Positions 36,957-43,967 of a stretch of DNA of 48,833 nt are shown in pieces; position 1 is the stretch's first letter; the number at the start of each line of letters is the position of its first letter. The notes under the pieces were generated by a model. It made no database searches and was not told where the DNA came from. It was given only the letters and a program-made list of their open reading frames with translations. The stretch covers positions 1 to 48,833 of IMG/VR virus record IMGVR_UViG_3300016667_000424; one strand, given 5' to 3'. The position numbers and the translations under genes are program-made. Origin of the DNA: a virus (Duplodnaviria; Caudoviricetes).

Positions 36957-36990
36957 TTGACAGTCATCAACAAGACTCACAGCTTGTCAA
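36957..36990. promoter_or_regulatory. Overlapping divergent sigma70-type promoters, probably leaderless
   Basis: TTGACA at 36957 (+) with CAGCTT after a 17-nt spacer and ATG at 36993; TTGACA at 36990 (-) with ATG at 36953. Confidence 0.6.
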
Positions 36991-36992
36991 CA

Positions 36993-37625
36993 ATGGACAA
37001 CGAGAGACTTGATACCAACCCCTCTTCCAATCATTCGGCCAAGAGGGTATCCAAGGAACGACGCGACAAGGTCGAGGAACTGCTTCGCGCTGGCATGCCC
37101 ATCCTCGACGTAGCCAAGGAGGTCAAGATGTCCCCCAACAACGTCATGGCCATCAAGAAGACCATGCCAGAGACCACCGGGCTACAGGACGAGTTCAAGG
37201 CGACCACAGTCCGCAACCTAAAGGCCTTCGTCCAGAGGGCTTCCCAGAAACTGGTCGATGAGCTGGACAACCTCCATGTCAGCCAAGTCCCCATCGCCAT
37301 GGGTATCGCCATCGACAAGATTCAGACCCTCCAAGACCAGCCTCAGGCGGTGGTCGAGCATCGTTTTAGCATCAGCCACGAAGCCCTGTCGGCCATGCTC
37401 AAGTCCAAGGGCAAGGGGGTCAAACTCGACTCGGACGATGCCATCGAGGTCGAACTGGGCCAGAAGAGGCCCGAAAGCACGGCCAAGTTCCTGTCTTGGG
37501 CTCAGGACCCTAAAGCTTTTTTGGGCAAAACGGAATCAGATGACAATCCGTCACCAGATTTCCAATTCCCGGACGTTGGACCCCCCCCGCCCCCTTCAGA
37601 ACCTGAGCCAGAAGGTCAGGATTGA
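36993..37625 (+). CDS. Terminase small subunit-like HTH protein (210 aa)
   Basis: N-terminal HTH (GMPILDVAKEVKMSPNNV) and helical IAMGIAIDKIQTL..QP..VVEHR oligomerisation-type motif. Confidence 0.65.
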   Translation: MDNERLDTNPSSNHSAKRVSKERRDKVEELLRAGMPILDVAKEVKMSPNNVMAIKKTMPETTGLQDEFKATTVRNLKAFVQRASQKLVDELDNLHVSQVPIAMGIAIDKIQTLQDQPQAVVEHRFSISHEALSAMLKSKGKGVKLDSDDAIEVELGQKRPESTAKFLSWAQDPKAFLGKTESDDNPSPDFQFPDVGPPPPPSEPEPEGQD

Positions 37626-37653
37626 ATTTCGCACAACATGAATTATGTCTAGT
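37626..37653 (+). other. dif-like XerC/XerD recombination site
   Basis: ATTTCGCACAA-CATGAA-TTATGTCTAGT vs E. coli dif GGTGCGCATAA-TGTATA-TTATGTTAAAT; 11-6-11 layout; intergenic. Confidence 0.7.
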
Positions 37654-37690
37654 TGGACCTGATTCATGACCCAATCACACACGATTAGCG

Positions 37691-37748
37691 TGTCAAAGCG
37701 GTTAGATGAGGCTGAGGGGCTTGACATGGGGGGTCTCTATTCTAGGGT
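37691..37748. promoter_or_regulatory. Back-to-back TTGACA promoter candidates
   Basis: TTGACA on - at 37696 and on + at 37721 (TAGGGT after a 16-nt spacer). Confidence 0.35.
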
Positions 37749-37847
37749 TACCATGGGTCGCGCGTCGGGTCATCTAGGGTCATGTCCCTTCAGGCTCTAG
37801 GATGGCCTAGGAAGCCCGATTAAGGTCTAGGCTAGGTGATGTCATGT

Positions 37848-38315
37848 TCACTTCACCATCCTGCCTTGGACGGCAAATGGTAAGGTCCTGCAAGCAATCA
37901 GCCAGAGGGACGGGATAGGCATCAGGATGACCTTGGCGGCACTATCGTCGCCGCCTGAGACCAAGCGAGCCCCGAAACTGGCCGGTGTCCTGATGGCCTG
38001 ACGCAAAGCCTCCTTAAGGTCTTGGACAGGGAGGACAAGGCACATGGCTGGGACATCATTGAGCTTGAAGATGTGCACCCAGTAATCGGCCTCCGTGATG
38101 GCGATGCCTGATGCCTTGCCTCTGCACTCGTACTCGAACACGGCATTGCCTGTGGTGGCCCATGTGTCTCGTTCGGTCTTCACCTCGACCTTGGCTTGGT
38201 CTGTGCCTAGCCAAGCGAGCCAGCGCTCGCCCTCTTGACCATACTGCAGGTCGATGTCGAACTTGGCTCTACTCGAGCCAGAGGAGCGGGATGCCGAGTT
38301 GTCGTAGTGAGTCAT
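37848..38315 (-). CDS. PD-(D/E)xK-like phage nuclease-fold protein (155 aa)
   Basis: KFDIDLQYGQEGE..VEVKTERD.W..TGN..E.E..GK.SGI..T.ADYW. Confidence 0.7.
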   Translation of the reverse strand: MTHYDNSASRSSGSSRAKFDIDLQYGQEGERWLAWLGTDQAKVEVKTERDTWATTGNAVFEYECRGKASGIAITEADYWVHIFKLNDVPAMCLVLPVQDLKEALRQAIRTPASFGARLVSGGDDSAAKVILMPIPSLWLIACRTLPFAVQGRMVK

Positions 38316-38964
38316 GGTGTGCGTAGATGAGGTTCTCGTACCGGGTGCCTGTGGCCATCTTGCGTGATGCCATGGTGCGGGTGTAGCCGACAGAGGTGAG
38401 CGGCTTGGTGACGTAGGTATCGAATGTGACCATGCTAGGGCAATGGTCTGTGAACGTCCTACGCAGGCCCTGCATGCGTGGTATCTTGGCGAGTATGCTC
38501 GGGCCTAGTGAGTAGCATGCGTAGATGAGCTGAGGGCTGGGAGGAGCTCCGTGGCTGGTCCGAAATTTGTCCACTATGGCCCTGATGAACGTAGTTGCAT
38601 ACTCTCGGGCCACTCTGGGCTTGAACGCATCATGGTAGGGATACACAGGCAGGCACAGCTTAGCCCTCATGTCGCTGATGTCATTCCACGCACTCTGGTG
38701 TATCTGAAATGCACCTATGGCCGGGCCATCGAGATGTGTCTTGTCGCCGATGGCGTTCGGCTGGTTGTCTGATTCGATGAGTGCAATGGCGTGCGCTAGC
38801 GCTCGCTCATCTGCGTGAATGCTAAGATGCATTGGCTTGCGTTGGCTCGGTATCCGGGTTGGGGTATGGCTCATGGCAACGCACAAACCAAAAGGGAAGA
38901 AGAACAACGACGCGACCAATCCAGCTCGCAAGCAACTGGGCAAGAGTGGAGTCGAGGCGTTCAT
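38269..38964 (-). CDS. Lysozyme-fold muralytic enzyme (transglycosylase / i-type-like), probably with a signal peptide
   Basis: AIALIESDNQPNAIGD..AIGAFQIHQSAW; hydrophobic LRAGLVASLFFFPFGLCVA near the N-terminus; start uncertain. Confidence 0.75.
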   Translation of the reverse strand: MNASTPLLPSCLRAGLVASLFFFPFGLCVAMSHTPTRIPSQRKPMHLSIHADERALAHAIALIESDNQPNAIGDKTHLDGPAIGAFQIHQSAWNDISDMRAKLCLPVYPYHDAFKPRVAREYATTFIRAIVDKFRTSHGAPPSPQLIYACYSLGPSILAKIPRMQGLRRTFTDHCPSMVTFDTYVTKPLTSVGYTRTMASRKMATGTRYENLIYAHHDSLRQLGIPLLWLE

Positions 38965-39325
38965 TGATAAGACGAAGATGTACGACAATGACGAGGTGAG
39001 CAAGATGCTAATGCTAGAGCCGCGCGAGTGGCTGGACTACGCATGCATCGGCGTCGCCGAAGAAGCGAACGGCACATACAGAGCCGTCTACGACCTGAAC
39101 ATTCTTGAGTACGCATATGCACTCTCGTTCGCGTATGATGAATTCAAGTACAAGAGTTTCGACAAGCTCATCATCGCGATGTCGCCTGAGCATGTGGACA
39201 TGGCCGAGGAGTGGGTCTCGTATAATACAATCAGAGGGGCGGGCTACATGGGCCCTACAGCACCCCTATTCGTGCGTTCCCATGCTGGGGACGACTGGCA
39301 AACCGGGGAAAAGTGGGGTAAATAG
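38873..39325 (+). CDS. Conserved phage hypothetical protein (150 aa)
   Basis: LDYACIG..AVYD...AEEWVSYNTIRGAGYMGPTAPLFV pattern of a common small phage family; start could instead be 38978. Confidence 0.7.
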   Translation: MATHKPKGKKNNDATNPARKQLGKSGVEAFIDKTKMYDNDEVSKMLMLEPREWLDYACIGVAEEANGTYRAVYDLNILEYAYALSFAYDEFKYKSFDKLIIAMSPEHVDMAEEWVSYNTIRGAGYMGPTAPLFVRSHAGDDWQTGEKWGK

Positions 39326-39463
39326 GCAACTGGATTGCGTTGTATATCAGCGACTTACGTAAATCACATAAATTTCTGACTACATACGCTTGACCCACGA
39401 CAATCAGAGCACATGGTGAATGGAGTCAGCTGATGAGGCTGACGCTGTTCATTCAAACATTTC

Positions 39464-39536
39464 GGTGGGGCGATACGGGCTATCAACTAGGATTCACATT
39501 CCTAGAACAAGGGTTCAAGTCCCTTCCTCACCACCA
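39464..39536 (+). tRNA. Atypical tRNA-Val(CAC) with a shortened D-arm and encoded CCA
   Basis: Acceptor GGTGGGG/CCTCACC + ACCA; T-arm AAGGG-TTCAAGT-CCCTT; anticodon arm CTAGGA-TTCACAT-TCCTAG; D-arm GATA-CGGGC-TATC. Confidence 0.7.
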
Positions 39537-39540
39537 CTTC

Positions 39541-39611
39541 GGGGATGCTTGGTAGGCCTGTTCAACCTTACATCGACACACGCTCGGGTTCGATTCCCGA
39601 CATCTCCACCA
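39541..39611 (+). ncRNA. 71-nt tRNA-Ala / tmRNA-TLD-like RNA with no D-stem and no mRNA-like domain
   Basis: GGGGATG/CATCTCC + ACCA with G3:U70; T-arm TCGGG-TTCGATT-CCCGA; centre is a single GTAGG/CTTAC hairpin. Confidence 0.7.
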
Positions 39612-39615
39612 CTCT

Positions 39616-39761
39616 GGCGCGACTTAACACCGGGCCTTGGCTACCATCCTCAATTACGAGGTGCCTAAACGCCCCTAGTGGGGCAACTCTTTACGAGGTC
39701 TTGAAACGTGTATGGTAGCACGTCCAAGCGTAAGTCGGTCTAGCATTGCCGAGCCTCACCA
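39616..39761 (+). ncRNA. Unidentified structured RNA of about 146 nt ending in ACCA
   Basis: Nested pairings CTTGG/CCAAG and CTACCAT/ATGGTAG; hairpins CCTC/GAGG, GCCCC/GGGGC and TCGG/CCGA. Confidence 0.55.
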
Positions 39762-39802
39762 CTCTCGCCCGCAAGGGCACAACCACAACACACAACACAC
39801 AC

Positions 39803-39892
39803 ATGCACATCAGCATCAACACGCTCATCGCCATCGCGGCGGCTCTGGACCTCGCTTCCTTCATCGGAATCATCGTCCTCATCGCCCGATAA
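39803..39892 (+). CDS. Small hydrophobic peptide (29 aa, MHISINTLIAIAAALDLASFIGIIVLIAR)
   Basis: AC-rich leader, typical codon usage, one TM-like segment. Confidence 0.65.
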   Translation: MHISINTLIAIAAALDLASFIGIIVLIAR

Positions 39893-39943
39893 GTGAGCGG
39901 GCCCTTCGGGGCCATAACTTTCCAACCCAAACACACACACACC

Positions 39944-40858
39944 ATGAGTAACATCATCACCAACATCAACCACGCCGTCGAGGTCAACTCGTTCAGCATG
40001 GTCAACACCAAGTCCGTCGAGAGCCGCAAGGCCCTCTACGACAGCATCGAGCGGGACCTGAAGGCCATCTTCAGCGAAGTCACCGGGTTCGACTTGAGCG
40101 AAGGCTACTACCTTCACTTCAACAAGAACGATGACGGAAGCTGGAAGACCGACCTGCATGTCAGCATCCGACAGGATGATGCGTACTGGGAGTCCACGCT
40201 TCGCCCGAGGAACAATGACCTTGAAAACTGGTGCATCCTGCCTGAGGTCGAGCACCTGCACGACAAGGGCCGAATCGCCAACTATCCCTGCCACCTGTGC
40301 TCCATCTTCAGCATCGAGGCCGAGGTCGGTGACCGCTGGTCCAAGAAGACCAAGCTGAGCGTCGGCACCGAGTACGGAGCCCACCATTACATCACCAACG
40401 AAAATCGTGATGCCATGAAGAACGGAAGCGACAAGGAGTATTGCCCTCGCCTTAACTCGTACAGCGCGTTCAAGCAAATCAAGGGCTCGCAGGAGTACGG
40501 CTACAACCAAATCAAACTGGATAAGGCCTACCGACTGTTCAAGTTCTACGTCCAGCAGTTCTACGCCCGCATCAAGGAAATCAGCGAAGGCTACTCGCTG
40601 GCCAAGGCCAAGGCCGAGCCGCACAACGAGTACCTCAGCAAGGTCAAGGCCTTCGACTCGAACCTGAAGCAACTGAACAAGCAACTGTTCGACAAGTTCA
40701 ACCCTGAAGCGAACGACAGGCAGTATCGCCCGGACTACGTCACCATCGGAAGCGAACGTATCTGGCTCATGAACGCCGACCTCCAGAGCCCCGACAACAT
40801 CGACATCGCGGCTCAGATTCTCGAACTCATCTCCAAGCTGAAGTTCAAGAAGGAGTAA
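39944..40858 (+). CDS. Early hypothetical protein (304 aa)
   Basis: Strong codon bias; hairpin plus AC-rich leader before the ATG. Confidence 0.85.
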   Translation: MSNIITNINHAVEVNSFSMVNTKSVESRKALYDSIERDLKAIFSEVTGFDLSEGYYLHFNKNDDGSWKTDLHVSIRQDDAYWESTLRPRNNDLENWCILPEVEHLHDKGRIANYPCHLCSIFSIEAEVGDRWSKKTKLSVGTEYGAHHYITNENRDAMKNGSDKEYCPRLNSYSAFKQIKGSQEYGYNQIKLDKAYRLFKFYVQQFYARIKEISEGYSLAKAKAEPHNEYLSKVKAFDSNLKQLNKQLFDKFNPEANDRQYRPDYVTIGSERIWLMNADLQSPDNIDIAAQILELISKLKFKKE

Positions 40859-40863
40859 AACCT

Positions 40864-40930
40864 TGTGGGTCGCGTTACGGGTTTAGTATTCCCCTGTAAC
40901 GTGCGTAAGCGGTCTAGTACCCGGCCCACA
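40864..40930 (+). ncRNA. Intergenic three-way-junction RNA element related to 39632-39756
   Basis: P1 TGTGGGT/GCCCACA, P2 CGCGTTACGGG/CCTGTAACGTG, junction CGTAAG, P3 CGG-TCTAGTAC-CCG. Confidence 0.6.
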
Positions 40931-40951
40931 TCCCCTTTCATCATCATGCAC

Positions 40952-41206
40952 ATGTATCAGAATCCGGTCCTTGATTGGGCCATCAACGGCAAGGGCGAAG
41001 CCCCTTCGCTGGCCAAGGCCAAGGCCTTGCTCAAGGTCCTGCAGGAATCCGACAAGGACGCCCTCAACCTCATCATCGACCTCGAAGACCGCCACAAGCG
41101 TGGCCTCGAACTCAAGGCCAACATCGAGCGTGGTATCGCCAACGTCGAGAAGTACATCAATGAAAAATCCAAGCCCAAGGCCGAAGGAGAATCCGAAAAG
41201 CCCTGA
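40952..41206 (+). CDS. Early hypothetical protein (84 aa)
   Basis: Codon bias, CAC-ATG start context. Confidence 0.75.
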   Translation: MYQNPVLDWAINGKGEAPSLAKAKALLKVLQESDKDALNLIIDLEDRHKRGLELKANIERGIANVEKYINEKSKPKAEGESEKP

Positions 41207-41378
41207 GGCCCTCAGGCTCTGGCAACAGGCTAGGCTTGCATACGCACTCTACTCTGAGTACGCATACAGCAACGACCCTTACAACGAGGCACTAGCCCTC
41301 AGCGCTTATGACCTGTGCCAGCACAGCATGGAGCGAGCGAAGGTCGCCAGCCGCACTTTCACCCAACCCAACAAATGA
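41160..41378 (+). CDS. Early hypothetical protein (72 aa)
   Basis: Fills the gap; ATGA-coupled to the exonuclease gene. Confidence 0.55.
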   Translation: MKNPSPRPKENPKSPEALRLWQQARLAYALYSEYAYSNDPYNEALALSAYDLCQHSMERAKVASRTFTQPNK

Positions 41379-42226
41379 AACACTACGACACGCACGGAGA
41401 GAACGTCATCAGTCTCAAGATTGAGAACGCGAAGCTCCTGAACCTCAGCGAGCAGGAGTACAGGCCGATGGAGGCGTTGAACCAGTCCTACATCAAGGAC
41501 ATCCACAACGTCTCGCCCTCGTACGCCGAGTACAGGCTCAAGAACCCGGAGGTCGGCCCTGCCCTGCTGTTCGGCTCCGCCCTGCATCATTACGTCCTCG
41601 AACAGAGCACGTTCTACGGACACTACGCCGTGGCTCCGTCCTGCGACAGGCGTACTAAGCTTGGAAAGGAGACGTGGGAGGCCTTCGTCGCTGAGAACGG
41701 CGATAAGACTGTCCTCAAGGAGGAGGACTTCCACACCATCCATGCGATGTACAAGTCCCTAGGCACTCTGTTCCAGAGCCATGCCGTGGGCTCCAAGTAC
41801 GTCGTCGAGCATTGCATCGTCGCCGATGCCGTCGTCTCGGAGGGCGAGTTCAAGGGCGTCCCGCTCAGGCTCAAGGCCAAGTTCGATTGGCTCAGCGAGT
41901 CTGATGACAAGCTTGTGACCAAGGACCTCAAGAGCATCGCTGACATTACGTCGGTTGCGTCGGCGTCGTACAACAATGGCTGGGCCATCCAGTCTGGGTT
42001 CTACAGCGACCTCATGACGGCCTACAAGCCCGTGCCCAACGACTTCTACTACATCCCTGTGAGCAAGGAGCCGCCCCATGACGCGCGAGTGTTCAAGGTC
42101 AGCGAGGAGATGCTCATCATCGGACGCAAGAAGTACCTGTCCGCCATCCACAAGATGCTCTGGTGGCATGCCAACGGACGCCCGGAGACTGCCGCCTTCC
42201 ACGGCATTGAAATTCTCAATGGCTAA
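41375..42226 (+). CDS. RecE / exonuclease VIII-like PD-(D/E)xK nuclease (DUF3799 type)
   Basis: ALLFGSALHHYVLE, DRRTKLGKE, LKAKFDWL, KDLKS, IQSGFY, VSKEPPH. Confidence 0.88.
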   Translation: MKHYDTHGENVISLKIENAKLLNLSEQEYRPMEALNQSYIKDIHNVSPSYAEYRLKNPEVGPALLFGSALHHYVLEQSTFYGHYAVAPSCDRRTKLGKETWEAFVAENGDKTVLKEEDFHTIHAMYKSLGTLFQSHAVGSKYVVEHCIVADAVVSEGEFKGVPLRLKAKFDWLSESDDKLVTKDLKSIADITSVASASYNNGWAIQSGFYSDLMTAYKPVPNDFYYIPVSKEPPHDARVFKVSEEMLIIGRKKYLSAIHKMLWWHANGRPETAAFHGIEILNG

Positions 42227-42887
42227 GGACTTTGAGTTTAAGGGCATCTGGATTCCGGCCCGCGTCTTTCTGGACGCGAGGCTGACCCAGTCCGACAAGT
42301 TCCTGTTCGGGGTCATCCACATACTCTGCAACGAGCGTGGATGCTTCGCTACCCGCGAGAGCTTGTCCGAGTACATGAGCCAATCCGTCCGCAACACCCA
42401 GTACAGCATCAGCCGCCTGATGGACTGTGGCTACGTCCGTAAGGACGACGATGGCGTCCTCTGGGACATCATCAGCCATACGCTGGACAGGGGTGAAAAA
42501 CCTTTCACCGGAGGGGTGAAGGTTTCTTCACCTAAGGGGCGAAGAAATTTTCACCCAGATAGTAATAAGGATGGAAACAAGGTTATGGAAAAGGCGGAGG
42601 ACTCTTCTGAGCCTGTCTTGGTCAATGATTCCTTCATCCGCAAGGACACCAAGCTGGCCGAGGTCTGGGACCGCTGGCTAGCCTTCCGACGCTCCCGTCG
42701 CTGGCCCACAAACAACGAGTACATCGAACGATGGAACACCTGCTTCACCTCTTGGGGCGCTGGCAAGGCCGCACAGGCCGTCGAGCAGAGCCTCCTGCAG
42801 GGCTGGCAGGGCATCTTTGAGCCCAAGAAGGGCTTCCCCTCCAACGAACCACCAAAGACCGACCATGACCACGCCAAGGGCTTCTGA
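42219..42887 (+). CDS. Replication initiator with N-terminal winged HTH (222 aa)
   Basis: FKGIWIP..LT..DK.L...GCFATRESLSE; C-terminal WLAFRR..VEQSLLQGWQGIF; upstream of the DnaC-like ATPase. Confidence 0.85.
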   Translation: MAKDFEFKGIWIPARVFLDARLTQSDKFLFGVIHILCNERGCFATRESLSEYMSQSVRNTQYSISRLMDCGYVRKDDDGVLWDIISHTLDRGEKPFTGGVKVSSPKGRRNFHPDSNKDGNKVMEKAEDSSEPVLVNDSFIRKDTKLAEVWDRWLAFRRSRRWPTNNEYIERWNTCFTSWGAGKAAQAVEQSLLQGWQGIFEPKKGFPSNEPPKTDHDHAKGF

Positions 42888-43554
42888 GCCACCGCTCTGC
42901 CGGAACTTCAACTGCAACAACCCGGCCCACATCCGGGAGTACGCCGAGAACATCCCTATCTACGAGACCCTGTGCAAGCCGTGCATGGTCGCTTGGGACA
43001 GGATGGTCCTATCCCATGGCATGCCCAAGGAGCCCAAGGCCGAGACGCCCATGCCCGAGTTGTTTGCCGACACGGACCCGAAGAGGCTCGGTGAGCTTGG
43101 CATGGTCGCCATGCATTACCTGCCGAGCGGGAAGGGACTGCTCATCCATGGCACCACCCGCAAGGGCAAGACCCGGACGGCTTGGTACATCGCCAACAGG
43201 CTGTGGAACGAGAACAAGTACAAGAACCGCTACCTGTTCCTCACCATGTTCGAGCTCGAAGCTCGCATCGCGGCCTCATGGGGCAACAGCACATGGGACA
43301 AGACCATGCTCCACATGACCAACGTCCCGCTCCTGTTTCTCGACGACTTAGGCAAGGAGAAGATGACTGACCGCATTGCGTCGTGCCTGTTTGCGCTGAT
43401 TGACCAGCGTACCATGCACAAGCGTAGCACCATCATCACCACGAACCTGACCGGAGATACCCTGCTGGAGCGATTCCATGACAAGGAGACCGGAGCCGCG
43501 TTCGTCGCTCGACTCAAGGACAACGACCTGTTTGAACGGGTGGCCGCACGATGA
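42865..43554 (+). CDS. DnaC/IstB-like AAA+ helicase loader
   Basis: GTTRKGKT, LLFLDDLGKE, IDQR, TIITTN; N-terminal Cys pairs. Confidence 0.9.
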   Translation: MTTPRASEPPLCRNFNCNNPAHIREYAENIPIYETLCKPCMVAWDRMVLSHGMPKEPKAETPMPELFADTDPKRLGELGMVAMHYLPSGKGLLIHGTTRKGKTRTAWYIANRLWNENKYKNRYLFLTMFELEARIAASWGNSTWDKTMLHMTNVPLLFLDDLGKEKMTDRIASCLFALIDQRTMHKRSTIITTNLTGDTLLERFHDKETGAAFVARLKDNDLFERVAAR

Positions 43555-43967
43555 GCCCAGCACTCTACATCGACCCAGAGAACAGGCTCTCTAGGGTTCC
43601 GTACAAAGTTCCGAACAACACGCACTACGTCACGCTCGCCCAATACCAGTTGATGGAACTGCAACTCAAGGCCGAGGTCGAGCGGCTGACCAATTGTAAG
43701 TCTGAAGCCGACCGATTGAAAACCGAGGTCGAGCGTTCAACTGCTTGGGGTCGTGGGCTTGAGTCCGACCTGTCCCACGCAAGGGTCGAAATCTCGTTCC
43801 TCAAGGCTGAGGCTGAGAACTCTAACCGCATCAACACCGAGTTGCTCCTCCTGTCTAATCAACAGGCAAGCGAGGTTCGCAGACTCAAGGCCGAGGTCGA
43901 GCGGCTGAAGGCTGACAATGAGCAACTGCAAAACAGGTGCGACTTCTTGGAGGGCAAAGGAAAATGA
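43551..43967 (+). CDS. Coiled-coil protein with LKAEVERL repeats (138 aa)
   Basis: 26-bp exact repeat at 43664 and 43883 plus two degenerate copies. Confidence 0.75.
   Translation: MSPALYIDPENRLSRVPYKVPNNTHYVTLAQYQLMELQLKAEVERLTNCKSEADRLKTEVERSTAWGRGLESDLSHARVEISFLKAEAENSNRINTELLLLSNQQASEVRRLKAEVERLKADNEQLQNRCDFLEGKGK

Noticed and set aside
39340-39362. Imperfect palindrome cgttgtatatcagcg followed by cgacttacg, complementary to 39729-39737
   Set aside because: Short, and probably upstream of the transcript start; cannot be distinguished from chance
39430-39437. CTGATGAG hammerhead-like core
   Set aside because: No downstream GAAA or three-stem arrangement; it sits in the loop of a simple hairpin
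39420-39668. 82-aa ORF over the RNA array
   Set aside because: Overlaps fully paired tRNA-like elements; no recognisable protein features
39683-39718. Short frame ATLYEVLKRVW-stop as a possible trans-acting tmRNA tag
   Set aside because: No typical resume-codon context and no AA-type degron; likely chance
39612-39740. Theta/HDV-like ribozyme after the tRNA-like RNA
   Set aside because: Too little sequence between the possible P2 and P4 strands to form P3, L3 and P1'
40896-40930. Twister ribozyme resemblance (UAAC..GC..CGG-loop-CCCG)
   Set aside because: Lacks the 3' GAG strand and the matching pseudoknot pairs
43664-43908. CRISPR-like repeat-spacer pattern
   Set aside because: In-frame coding repeats, irregular spacing, no cas genes
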